This document shows, piece after piece, positions 55,453-64,000 of a stretch of DNA of 64,000 bases (position 1 is the stretch's first letter; every line of letters begins with the position of its first letter). Origin of the DNA: a virus (Duplodnaviria; Caudoviricetes). Both the position numbers and the translations under genes were made by a program. Location of the stretch: IMG/VR virus record IMGVR_UViG_3300014208_000006, positions 1,557 through 65,556 of that record; one strand, 5' to 3'. Below the pieces are notes generated by a model, which was not told the origin of the DNA, did no database searches, and was given only the letters and a program-made list of their open reading frames with translations.

Positions 55453-56148
55453 ATGAAAACACTCACGGAAGATGCTCCCGCCATTGCTACACCTGCCATC
55501 GCCCAGGTCAATCCTGACCTGCTTCAACTCACCGACGCCGAGGCCGCGCGCTTCTGGGCGAAGGTGGACAAGAACGGGCCTGTGCCGGCGCATAGACCGG
55601 AACTGGGACCGTGCTGGGTTTGGACGGGCGCAAAGGATAAGGATGGGTATGGCAGTTTTTGGCGGCGCTGCGGTCAGATCCGGGCGCACAGGACATCCTT
55701 CGTCACGTCCTGTGGTCCAATAGATGGCAGTGCGCTTGTCTTGCACCACTGCGACAACCCATCGTGCGTAAACCCCCTTCATCTTTTCCATGGCACGCAT
55801 GCCGATAATATGGCGGACAAGGTCGCGAAGGGGCGATCTCCCACGGGCGACAAGAACGGAAGTAGGACCCACCCCGAGTGTCTTTTGCGCGGGGACGACC
55901 ATCCGTTTCGCAAACGCCCTGAGCTTATTCGGCGCGGCAATGCCCACTGGGCGCGTATTTCACCTGAAAAACATGCAAGAGGCGAACGCCTTTCAAATTC
56001 CATACTAACCGATAACGCCGTTCGGGAGATCAGGCGTCGCTACACTCCGCGCGCGGTAACCCAGCAAATGCTCGCCGATGAGTTTGGTGTCGAACGATCA
56101 CTCATAAGCCTGGTCGTCCTTCGCAAAGCGTGGAAGCATATCGCCTAA
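55453..56148 (+). CDS. HNH homing endonuclease (antisense to late operon)
   Basis: RFWAKVDK..CWVWTGA..GYG..AHR..VLHHCDNPSCVNPLHLF.GT.ADNMAD. Confidence 0.9.
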   Translation: MKTLTEDAPAIATPAIAQVNPDLLQLTDAEAARFWAKVDKNGPVPAHRPELGPCWVWTGAKDKDGYGSFWRRCGQIRAHRTSFVTSCGPIDGSALVLHHCDNPSCVNPLHLFHGTHADNMADKVAKGRSPTGDKNGSRTHPECLLRGDDHPFRKRPELIRRGNAHWARISPEKHARGERLSNSILTDNAVREIRRRYTPRAVTQQMLADEFGVERSLISLVVLRKAWKHIA

Positions 56149-56161
56149 TCCGAACTCCCTC

Positions 56162-56198
56162 ATCCTACACGTCCGGCTGGCTGGTCGGCGGTTGCATT
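56162..56198 (-). promoter_or_regulatory. Late promoter motif copy G (fires antisense into HNH)
   Basis: AATGCAACCGCC, TAGGAT at 32-37. Confidence 0.5.
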
Positions 56199-56371
56199 TG
56201 GGGCGGAGTGAACGGCATCAGGCGGTTCAGGGCAGCCTGTCGCTTCTTGCAGCCGCCGCAGGGCTTGATGCCGACGGCCTTGGTGGCGCTGGCGATCACG
56301 TCGCCGAGGCCGCGCCATGGCTGGCCATTGGCGGGAACAATTGGGCCAACGGTTATTTTTTCGTTTTTCAT
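56165..56371 (-). CDS. Small CxxC protein
   Basis: GLGDVIA..VGIKPCGGCKKRQAALN. Confidence 0.6.
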   Translation of the reverse strand: MKNEKITVGPIVPANGQPWRGLGDVIASATKAVGIKPCGGCKKRQAALNRLMPFTPPQMQPPTSQPDV

Positions 56372-56829
56372 ACAACCTCCACGATTTCACAGCGGTCAAC
56401 CGTCCATCCCAAAGCGCAAGTTGCGCTTGGTCCCGCCGTCCATGAAGTGGTTTCTTCGCACGCGGTGGCCGTAAATGCCCAATTCACTGACGTTTCAGAT
56501 GCGTCAGAACCGATAAAATAAACCGTAAGAGAGTATTCGTGCCCAATCTGGAGGCATGTGGCGTTTCCCCGAACCTCCATTGAGATGCAGACATCGCCAC
56601 AGCAATCCCCTAGCTCGGGTTCCCAGCATGAACAGTTATAAGCGCATAATCCATCGTCTATCGGAACATCTATGCACACGCAGTCTTCCCCGAATCCCTC
56701 CTGGTAGTTTTCATTCCCTGTTCTGTGGCACTCGAACGTGCATGCCGGTTCGCATATGGGACACCCGCAGCACGGCAAGCACGTCGCCGCGATGCTGAAC
56801 CCGGCGTATGATGTCCAGTTTACGCTCAT
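56368..56829 (-). CDS. Cys-rich protein
   Basis: 19 Cys in 153 aa. Confidence 0.55.
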   Translation of the reverse strand: MSVNWTSYAGFSIAATCLPCCGCPICEPACTFECHRTGNENYQEGFGEDCVCIDVPIDDGLCAYNCSCWEPELGDCCGDVCISMEVRGNATCLQIGHEYSLTVYFIGSDASETSVNWAFTATACEETTSWTAGPSATCALGWTVDRCEIVEVV

Positions 56830-57440
56830 GCCACAAAGAAGTAGTAGATTCCGGGTGTGGTGGTCGGGTCGGCCGAGTCCCGCCCACATGCCGCGAACTC
56901 CTGACTGAACATCAGGGTCGGATTTATAGCGGTGATAACACTGCTGGCTACCGTCACCGTTCCGATCAAGTAATACGCATGTGTGTCGCTGTCCGTCGTG
57001 ACGCCCGTGGTATTGCTGCTGATGGTCGCTGCGGTCACATCGCCGGCCGCATCAATCGTGGCGTCAATGAAGATATACCAGGTGCCATTGGTGCCGGACA
57101 CGGTGATGTCAGTGGCCACGGTGGTTGGGACGATGCCGCCAACCGTGCCATACTTGACGTTGACCTTTGTAGTCGGGTCGGTCGCTGATTCTTGAAGGTA
57201 GAGCGGGGGGATTATACCGCCTCCGCCTCCGCCTGCCGCTTCGGTTTTCAGACGGTCAATACTGCGATCGAATCCGTCGAATCGGAGTTCCGGGACCGGC
57301 GTGAAGGGCGGTCGCGCAGCCGGAGCGGATGAAAGCGCCCCCAGCGTGCTGCGAAGATTCTCCTGCGTGCTGTTCTGCGCGGCGCGGACTTTCTCCCACG
57401 GCATCAGGTCACGCTTGGCGGGTTTTTGGGCGTCTGGCAT
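56826..57440 (-). CDS. Putative virion protein
   Basis: 204 aa, T-rich beta C-terminus. Confidence 0.6.
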   Translation of the reverse strand: MPDAQKPAKRDLMPWEKVRAAQNSTQENLRSTLGALSSAPAARPPFTPVPELRFDGFDRSIDRLKTEAAGGGGGGIIPPLYLQESATDPTTKVNVKYGTVGGIVPTTVATDITVSGTNGTWYIFIDATIDAAGDVTAATISSNTTGVTTDSDTHAYYLIGTVTVASSVITAINPTLMFSQEFAACGRDSADPTTTPGIYYFFVA

Positions 57441-59866
57441 CAGGGGAAGGTGTAGCTGGTCTTGGTAATCCGATAGATCACCGTGCCGTCCGTGGCGGTC
57501 AGATACGGCTCGTTATCTACGTGCAGCAGTTTGGTCTCTGCCGATGGCCGCGAGGTTGGCGAAGACGATGTGATGACGGCGGACCACGTATCGCAGAGCA
57601 CGCCGTTGTAATTGCTGGCCGAGCCGCTGATGCTCGTTGCGTCCCCGAGGTATCCGCCAAGGGCCGACTGCCTGGTCTGGGCAATGCCGGTATCCGTCGG
57701 AACCCACGTCTCGATCAGCCCCGCGTAGTAGGACACTCCGTAGGGCGCGGTCGTATCCTGCGTGGCGCTGTAGCTGACTTCCACGCTGGCGAGCAGGGTC
57801 ATCTGCGTGGGCGGCAAAAGCGTGAGCTGGTTGCTCGTGAATGAGGCAAGGCCGGGCCGGTGCCATGGAATCGTCTGCCGGCGGGTCTGCGTTGCCGGGG
57901 GCTTCTTGTAGACCGCCGTGTTGACGTAGTATCCGCTGTGTGGACGCTGCTCCAGGCTGATGAGGTAGGCCGTGCCGGTGCCAGGATAGGCTGGCGTGGT
58001 GGCAGCCACGTTGTAGTCGGTGACGTGATACAGGAGCGCGCCGTCGGGCTCTCCTCGGGTCTCGATGCCGGCCTGCCCGTCGCCCTCGGCCCAGCGGTAG
58101 TCGTAGACGGAGAAGCCTTCAGTCAGCCGCACAGAGGAGTCGAACAGCGTCACCGTGCCGCCAATCGTGGCCGTGGGGGTTGTCGGCGCGCTGCCGAGCT
58201 TGATGCGGTGATAGATCACCAAAGCGCCGCTGGCGCTGATTTGCGACTCGTCCAGCACCTGCCCGACGCCCTTGGCCCATACCGTCGTCCAGATGCGGTG
58301 CCCGTCGGCGTCCTGGTAGGTGCGGCCGATCTCGACCGATCCGAGCAGGCTGGCGGGCTGCACCGCGGCTGCTGGGGCGACTAGGTGGCGGATCGTGGTC
58401 CGGGTGATGCCGGTCGTGCCCTGGTCGTCGGACTGCGAGTAGTCGATGTCCCGGCTGATTTCCCCGTCCCCCTTGGCGTAGCTGGCCGACCAGATCATGT
58501 GGCCGTCGGCCTCCTGATAGCTCGGCCCACCCACCAGCGTATAGCCAGCGGGCGTGCTGATTGGGTTCGTGGCGCTCGGCGCCGTCAGGTGCCGGATGGC
58601 GATGCGCAGGAGGGCGCCGTTGTTGTCGCTGCTTGGATCGTAGCTGATTTGGCCCGTGCCCTTGGCGAACACCGCCCGCCATACCTCATGCCCGTCGCGC
58701 TCCTGATTGGAAATGCTGGTGCGCACGTAGCCCAAGAGCGTCGCCACCGGGTCGGCCGCGCCGGGTGCGGTCAGGTGCGTGATCGTGGCCAGAAGCAGCG
58801 CGCCGTTGTTGCGAGTGTCGTCATCGCGGGAGATTTGGCCGTCTCCCTTGGCGAAGCTGTATGCGTAAACGACATGACCGGACTCCTGCCGGGTTTGCTC
58901 CCGGGTGAGGGTGTAGCCGACCGGCGTTGATGGCGCAGTCCCCAGCGCGGTAATCGTCCGCAGCAGCAGCGCGCCGTTGTTCTGGGTGTCGTCGGACTGC
59001 AGGACGGTGCCGGTGCCCTTGGCGAACACGGCAGACCAAAGCTCGTGCCCGTCGCGCTCGGCGTTCGTGACCGCGATTTTCACGTAACCGGCGACGCTTC
59101 CCCAAGTCGGTTCGGCGGCGCCCGGTGCGGTCAGGTAGTCGATGTCGAGGCGCGATATGCCCACGGAGCCGTCTTCGGTTGTCCCGCCTTGGCTTCGATC
59201 TGTCCGCCGGCTGATCTCGCCGTTGCCCTTGGCAAAGCGGTAGGTGTAGGTCTCCACTCCGAGAGGGCCCTTCACGTCCTGGTCAACCAGAGTATAGCCG
59301 ACTGGCGTTGACGGAACCTCGTTGAAGTGAACCAGCGTCCGAATGAGCAGCGCGCCGTTGTTCTGCGTCGAATCCGACTGCGAGAGCTGGCCGGCTGAAA
59401 TGTAGGTCTCCACGATCTCGGCGCCTACTCCCTGCTTGTTGATCTTTACGTCGTTGCAGGCTTGGCTGCTGATGACATCGCCGATCGCCGCGGCCAGACC
59501 TTCCGCTTCCGAGGCCAGCGCCACGTAGCGCCGCACGAAGCCGTAACGACCATCCTCGAGCTTGAAATGTTGGTCCTCGCCTACGCTGACCTTTGAACCC
59601 GCGGTGAACTCCTGGTAGACCTCCGTTAGCCGCAACACCCAGGCGCTCGGCGTCGCTGCCACCTGATCCATGCCTCGTTTGACCAGCAAGGCGGTCGTGA
59701 ACTCTGCATCGGCGGTCCCGTATGCAAGGAACACCTTGGTCTCGATATTCGCCTGCTGGGTGCCCTGCCCGTTGACGTTGTAGAGCCGGGTGATCGTCCG
59801 CAGTCCGTTGAACGCCTTGTCAACGGCCGGCGTGCCAAGCTGGGTAAGGTATTCTCGGTCAGCCAT
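57440..59866 (-). CDS. Repeat-containing virion protein
   Basis: ~50-aa repeats with A(K/E)GxG (7x) and NNGALL (4x). Confidence 0.7.
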   Translation of the reverse strand: MADREYLTQLGTPAVDKAFNGLRTITRLYNVNGQGTQQANIETKVFLAYGTADAEFTTALLVKRGMDQVAATPSAWVLRLTEVYQEFTAGSKVSVGEDQHFKLEDGRYGFVRRYVALASEAEGLAAAIGDVISSQACNDVKINKQGVGAEIVETYISAGQLSQSDSTQNNGALLIRTLVHFNEVPSTPVGYTLVDQDVKGPLGVETYTYRFAKGNGEISRRTDRSQGGTTEDGSVGISRLDIDYLTAPGAAEPTWGSVAGYVKIAVTNAERDGHELWSAVFAKGTGTVLQSDDTQNNGALLLRTITALGTAPSTPVGYTLTREQTRQESGHVVYAYSFAKGDGQISRDDDTRNNGALLLATITHLTAPGAADPVATLLGYVRTSISNQERDGHEVWRAVFAKGTGQISYDPSSDNNGALLRIAIRHLTAPSATNPISTPAGYTLVGGPSYQEADGHMIWSASYAKGDGEISRDIDYSQSDDQGTTGITRTTIRHLVAPAAAVQPASLLGSVEIGRTYQDADGHRIWTTVWAKGVGQVLDESQISASGALVIYHRIKLGSAPTTPTATIGGTVTLFDSSVRLTEGFSVYDYRWAEGDGQAGIETRGEPDGALLYHVTDYNVAATTPAYPGTGTAYLISLEQRPHSGYYVNTAVYKKPPATQTRRQTIPWHRPGLASFTSNQLTLLPPTQMTLLASVEVSYSATQDTTAPYGVSYYAGLIETWVPTDTGIAQTRQSALGGYLGDATSISGSASNYNGVLCDTWSAVITSSSPTSRPSAETKLLHVDNEPYLTATDGTVIYRITKTSYTFP

Positions 59867-59875
59867 GGTGAGTGA

Positions 59876-60820
59876 TTACCAGTTCCGCGGCAGCCGGACC
59901 GCACACCCGGTATCTTTCTGCACGCGACGCATGGATTTGAGCTGATTGCGGGCATCCTCAGCGGCCTTCATGAGCAGTTGCACGTTCCCCGAGTAGCGTC
60001 GGCCAGTCGTGTTCATCGCCAGTTTCTCGCGCGCGATGGGAAGCAGGATGTTGTCCACGGCCTGCCCGGGCACGTCTGGCACGTCGGTCCCGGTGGTTAC
60101 TGCCGACGGGATGGTGTTTGCCCGGACCTCGAGCGAATACTTGCTCTCAGGCAGCGGCCAGACGTGGAAGCGGTTGCCCAGCGCAAAGGTCGGCGCGACG
60201 CTCGCCTGGTCGATGAAGTAATACCGCGGATCGCCAACGTCGTAGTAGGCGGACTGGCGGAAGGCGTTGCGGGTGGTCGCGAAGGGCTGGCGCCCGTTGG
60301 TCGGGTAGAAGTCCCAGGCTGGTTCCGTCCGCAACCGGAGTTCGAAGTCCGGATCTGGCAGCGGGCCAAGCAGACCGACCCCAAGCAGATTCGGGATGCC
60401 GGCCAGACGCACGATGTTCCACGGCAGGACAATCGCGTTGTGGTAGACGGTCGCCGCGTAGTCCCCGGAGTCGCCGTCCCAGACGTTCAGGAGTGCGCTG
60501 GTCGATGCGTAGCGATAGAATTTCTCGCCGATCTTGACGAAGGAGCCGATGTAGGTCGCGTTGAAGGCGTAGCCGACCACCGTCGCGCTTCCCGCCGTCA
60601 GCGTCAGGGTGGTGCTCACCGGGGCCAGGATGATCGCGGGATGATGCTTCTCGGGGTAGAACGGCTTGGTTCCGTCTACGGGCACGTAGCAATCGAACAG
60701 CGCGGCGTTGATGTAGGTGTCGATGTCCGTCTGGTCCTGCGTTGGCAGGTCCGAGAACGTCTCGTAGCCCCACATTGAGCAGAGGGCTGTCCGTAGCTGG
60801 GCGAGTGTCTTTTGTGCCAT
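59876..60820 (-). CDS. Head-tail adaptor (tail tubular A-like)
   Basis: TLAQLR..I..YINAAL..GDPRYY..VWPLP..YSL pattern; downstream of MCP. Confidence 0.65.
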   Translation of the reverse strand: MAQKTLAQLRTALCSMWGYETFSDLPTQDQTDIDTYINAALFDCYVPVDGTKPFYPEKHHPAIILAPVSTTLTLTAGSATVVGYAFNATYIGSFVKIGEKFYRYASTSALLNVWDGDSGDYAATVYHNAIVLPWNIVRLAGIPNLLGVGLLGPLPDPDFELRLRTEPAWDFYPTNGRQPFATTRNAFRQSAYYDVGDPRYYFIDQASVAPTFALGNRFHVWPLPESKYSLEVRANTIPSAVTTGTDVPDVPGQAVDNILLPIAREKLAMNTTGRRYSGNVQLLMKAAEDARNQLKSMRRVQKDTGCAVRLPRNW

Positions 60821-60909
60821 GGTGGTTGAAATAGACCCCGCGCCGCCCTCCTACCACAGACCGGGCCTACCCCTAAGCCCGTCCAGCGGTTGAGCGGCGC
60901 GGAGAGTGG

Positions 60910-61413
60910 TCATGCGGGAGGGGTTTCGGCATGCGGTTTGGGTTTGGCCTGGCGCGGCTTTCGGGCCTTCGCCGGCACGGAATTGAGTGCGGCCGCAGCG
61001 CCCTTGTCGTAGGCGGCAATCAGCCGGTTGACGGTTTCCTCGGAGTCGTCCTCGGTCACGATCACCCCGCGGAACAGCGCCATCTCCACGAGCTTGTCAG
61101 GCAGGGGCGGTTTGGGGGCTTCCACCGGAATCGTCACGGTCTCCACGATGGATTGCGCGAGGTCGGAGGAGGTAACGGCGAGGTTGTCGGGATTCACCGG
61201 CTTGGCCTCGATCGCCACCGGCACGAACACGTAGGCTGTGCTCCGGCGCATCGTCTTGAACAGGTCGTCCACGTCGGCCTGCTTGGTCGGCATGTAGGTG
61301 TAGGCCCGCAACTTGGCGTCCCACTTGAAGCCGTAGAGCATCCCGGAGGCACCGTTCACACGGAGCAGCGCGCGGGATCTGGACTCGTTGAGGATCTTGA
61401 GGAAGAAGGTCAT
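60910..61413 (-). CDS. Hypothetical protein downstream of MCP
   Basis: 167 aa. Confidence 0.6.
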   Translation of the reverse strand: MTFFLKILNESRSRALLRVNGASGMLYGFKWDAKLRAYTYMPTKQADVDDLFKTMRRSTAYVFVPVAIEAKPVNPDNLAVTSSDLAQSIVETVTIPVEAPKPPLPDKLVEMALFRGVIVTEDDSEETVNRLIAAYDKGAAAALNSVPAKARKPRQAKPKPHAETPPA

Positions 61414-61448
61414 GGGGATTCGGGTTGTGGTAGGATCGCACTTTAGGG

Positions 61449-61483
61449 AAAAGCCCCGGACGGAGTGCGGACCGCCCGGGGCT
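61449..61483 (-). terminator. Terminator after major capsid gene
   Basis: AGCCCCGG...CCGGGGCT followed by TTT. Confidence 0.65.
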
Positions 61484-61511
61484 GAGTTTTTCCTATCTGG
61501 TGGCTGCGGGC

Positions 61512-63020
61512 TTAGACGGCCGCGCGAATGTCAACCAGTTCCAGTTCCGGGTAATCCAGAGCGCCCTCGATGAGGAGGTAGTTCGGATACCGGCCCAGCG
61601 TGTCCTCAGCCGGCGAGTAGCCGACGATGGACTGAATGCCCTGCGCGTTGATGTGAGCCCGGCCGGAGGTCTTCGACTGGAAATCGTCGGCCCATTCGAT
61701 CGGGTCAGCCTCGAGCGCGCCCTTGCCCTTGAACAGCGCCTCGGCGCCCATCATCAGGCCGTAGGCAATCGGAACACCCCAGCGGTTGCAGGGGATGATC
61801 ATCGAGCCCGAGGGGTGCGCGTTGCTGTATTTGCCGGCCGCGGTCAGGATGGTCTTCTGCGTGTAGCCGACTTCATCCAACTCGCGGGTGACGACCGCCA
61901 GCTTGTTGCCGTTGTTCTGGGCGGCGGCATAGCTGATGACCTCATACTTGCCGCGGTCCGCACCGCTGACGTTGTAGATGATCGCGTAGTAGGTGTTGTT
62001 GTCGGTCGGCGCGGTCTCCGTTTCGTAGGTCTTCCAGTAGAAGCCGCGGAAGTAGGAGAAGAAGTCATACAGGCTGACATCGGTGAGGGACGCCGCAGTG
62101 TTCCAGGCGCCGCCGCCGGTGACTTCCGTGGCAGCGCCGTTCGCGAGCGCAACGCCAAGGTAGGCGATGGGGGCGAGCGGGGAACCCTGACGGTTCGGGC
62201 CGGAGTCAAACACGAGGTCGTGACCGAAGATCACGTTGTTCTTCCACACCGGGAGGCTGCCGGTCCACCAGTAGGCGCTTTCGCCGCGGGGCTGGTTGTT
62301 GTTCACCGCCTCGCGGAACGCCTGCTCGGAGTCGAGCGGGTCGAGGAACTTCTGCGGGGCGAAGACCAGGAACTGTGGGAGCTTCTGACCGGCCTTGCTG
62401 GTGTCGTATTTCATCGCCGTGGCACCGAGGCCGACAAGCTGATTGCGACCCTGGGTGATGACCGACGTGTTGAACGTGTCGTCCATCGTGATGTCGGTCA
62501 CGGTCGCTCCGCCGCCGATGCGCAGCACGTTGGGTTCGCTCGTGGCGAACAGAGCCTTGTCGCGCAGCACGAACTGGGAGTCGTCGCATTGCGTGCGGAC
62601 CCACCAATCGCGGCAGATGCCGAACAGGAACTCGTCGCGGTTCTTGTCCGCGTTGCCAGGCTGCGAGAAGTAGGCGATGAGCTGTTCCTCGGAGAGCGCA
62701 AAGCGGCGCAGGTCAACGGTCACGGGGAACGTGCCGTAGCGGACCTTTCCGGTCTTGCTCTTGAGTTCAGCCGAGCCCATCACGCCGCGACCGCGAACCG
62801 GGGCGTAGGTGCTGAAATGCACCACCTGCCCACCCAGCTTGCTCGTGTCGGTTTTCTCCACGATGGGCATGCCACTGCCCTCGGGACCGGTAAAATCCTT
62901 CAGGGGATTCATGTCCGAGGCGTCGGCTTTGACGCCTTCGGACCAAATCTCCATCTGGAGTTTGGGGTCGGCCGCTACCATGAGCGCCAACGTTTGGATT
63001 TCAGAGAGATCAAATGCCAT
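61512..63020 (-). CDS. Major capsid protein (N4 gp56-like)
   Basis: 502 aa; KTDTSK..G..V.FS..G.G..G..L; long strongly GC3-biased gene followed by terminator. Confidence 0.75.
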   Translation of the reverse strand: MAFDLSEIQTLALMVAADPKLQMEIWSEGVKADASDMNPLKDFTGPEGSGMPIVEKTDTSKLGGQVVHFSTYAPVRGRGVMGSAELKSKTGKVRYGTFPVTVDLRRFALSEEQLIAYFSQPGNADKNRDEFLFGICRDWWVRTQCDDSQFVLRDKALFATSEPNVLRIGGGATVTDITMDDTFNTSVITQGRNQLVGLGATAMKYDTSKAGQKLPQFLVFAPQKFLDPLDSEQAFREAVNNNQPRGESAYWWTGSLPVWKNNVIFGHDLVFDSGPNRQGSPLAPIAYLGVALANGAATEVTGGGAWNTAASLTDVSLYDFFSYFRGFYWKTYETETAPTDNNTYYAIIYNVSGADRGKYEVISYAAAQNNGNKLAVVTRELDEVGYTQKTILTAAGKYSNAHPSGSMIIPCNRWGVPIAYGLMMGAEALFKGKGALEADPIEWADDFQSKTSGRAHINAQGIQSIVGYSPAEDTLGRYPNYLLIEGALDYPELELVDIRAAV

Positions 63021-63055
63021 GTTAGTAGGCGGTTGTTACCGCGTTGAATGCCGTG

Positions 63056-64000
63056 TTACCGGCGGGCGCCCGTTGAAGGTTTGAGAGACGCAATGATCGC
63101 CTTTCGGGCAGAGGGATCGCTGCGGACCGTTTCGAGAATGCTCTCGCGGGTCATGGGTCTCGGCGCGGAGGGCGTGCGCCCGTCGGCTCCGGTTAAGAGT
63201 TTTGCGCCCGTCGGGACCGCGCTGACTTGCACGGGGGCGGGCTTGGTGATCGCCACGGGGCGCGCGGGAGCGGCGGGCACAACCGGGACGGCCGGGGCAG
63301 CGCCCTCGGTCTTCGGCTTGATGCCATACTGCTTCGCGAAATCGCGGGCGAATCGGTCCGGCCAGGACGGATCCTGAAACTCGGACTTGCGCGCTGGATC
63401 GTTGAGGGCCTTCGTCACGGCGGCGTCGAGCGCAAGACGCTCCATGCCGTTCTCGTTGGCGAAGACAGGGAACTCGGCAAAAACACGGTCACGCGCGGCG
63501 TTGACCTTGCCGGTATAGTCGCCCTGCACGGCCTGATCACGATTGCGAAGGTAGCCCTTCTTCTCGTGACTCAGCAGCGATAGGTCGGCTTGGAGCTGTC
63601 CGATTTCCACAGTAAGACCGGCCACCTTGTCCGAGTCCATGTCGGCCGAAGCCGTTTTGAGCGCGGCGGTGAGTTCGGTCAGCTTGGTCTGCCCAGCAGT
63701 CAGACTGGTCTCGTATTCGGCAAGCTGCGGGTCCACGGCGGGCACGGCTGGCGTCGCGGGGGCAGCGGGTGCCACGGCGGGGCTGGAAGTGCCTTTGTAG
63801 AGCTCGGCGGCCTGGGCGAGCGAGATGCCCTTGCTTTTCGCCAGCACGGCAATCGCGTAGTCCTCACCGTGGAAGCGGATCCTGCCACCGTCCTTGCCTT
63901 CGCCTGCCTCGGGCTGGACCTCGGGGTTTGCACCCTCGGGATTCGGCTGGGCGGCTTCGGGCGTGGTAGCGGCCGGAGTCGATTCGGGGGACGCCGGCGC
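63056..64000 (-). CDS. Capsid scaffolding protein (5'-truncated)
   Basis: Frame open from window edge (315 codons); A/P-rich linkers and coiled coil; immediately upstream of MCP. Confidence 0.6.
   Translation of the reverse strand, partial: APASPESTPAATTPEAAQPNPEGANPEVQPEAGEGKDGGRIRFHGEDYAIAVLAKSKGISLAQAAELYKGTSSPAVAPAAPATPAVPAVDPQLAEYETSLTAGQTKLTELTAALKTASADMDSDKVAGLTVEIGQLQADLSLLSHEKKGYLRNRDQAVQGDYTGKVNAARDRVFAEFPVFANENGMERLALDAAVTKALNDPARKSEFQDPSWPDRFARDFAKQYGIKPKTEGAAPAVPVVPAAPARPVAITKPAPVQVSAVPTGAKLLTGADGRTPSAPRPMTRESILETVRSDPSARKAIIASLKPSTGARR

Noticed and set aside
57440-59866. Diversity-generating retroelement TR/VR or CRISPR array
   Set aside because: No reverse transcriptase, no adenine-specific mismatch pair and no repeat-spacer periodicity seen in the window
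60838-60902. Twister ribozyme (UAAGCCC on + strand)
   Set aside because: Antisense to transcription and lacks the P1-adjacent UA cleavage motif and GAGGG partner
63021-63040. TAACAACCGCC upstream of MCP as an eighth late promoter
   Set aside because: Mismatched at TG and only 8 nt from the ATG, leaving no room for a -10; likewise the GCAACC repeats at 5077-5095 are coding (ATATA)

Overview
A ~64%-GC temperate tailed-phage genome in its non-integrated form. An intact attP (3' half of tRNA-Arg-ACG, 51039-51085) sits directly upstream of a tyrosine integrase in the middle of the window. Both window edges cut through minus-strand late genes (scaffold at the right edge, a lipoprotein at the left edge), so the genome is larger than the window. 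Layout: 1-21.6 kb packaging/virion genes (S26 peptidase, LamG tail protein, portal, a 3147-aa polyvalent ejection protein, TerL), interrupted by a plus-strand XRE moron; 21.6-28.9 kb small accessory genes, HNH-AP2, SSB-like protein and TerS; 29.5-34.3 kb a plus-strand early operon; 34.5-51 kb replication, recombination, methylation and immunity genes; 51-53 kb attP, integrase and two Tat-signal mini-proteins; 53-64 kb tail, head-tail, major capsid and scaffold genes. Most notable signals read from the sequence: (1) three complete type II hammerhead ribozymes, each just after a stop codon in the early operon; (2) a full 75-nt CCA-ended tRNA(CAT) embedded in-frame in the giant virion gene; (3) small or exported proteins built from pieces of the phage's own essential proteins: a Sec-signal protein with a 58%-identical copy of a scaffold domain, Tat-signal peptides with LamG tail motifs, and a 100-aa mosaic of terminase active-site motifs; (4) a phage-encoded SipW/Sec11-type signal peptidase; (5) a 7-copy late-promoter motif AATGCAACCGCC, four copies of which appear to drive leaderless mRNAs. 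Family assignments come from motif recognition by eye, not database searches, and the host cannot be determined from the window.
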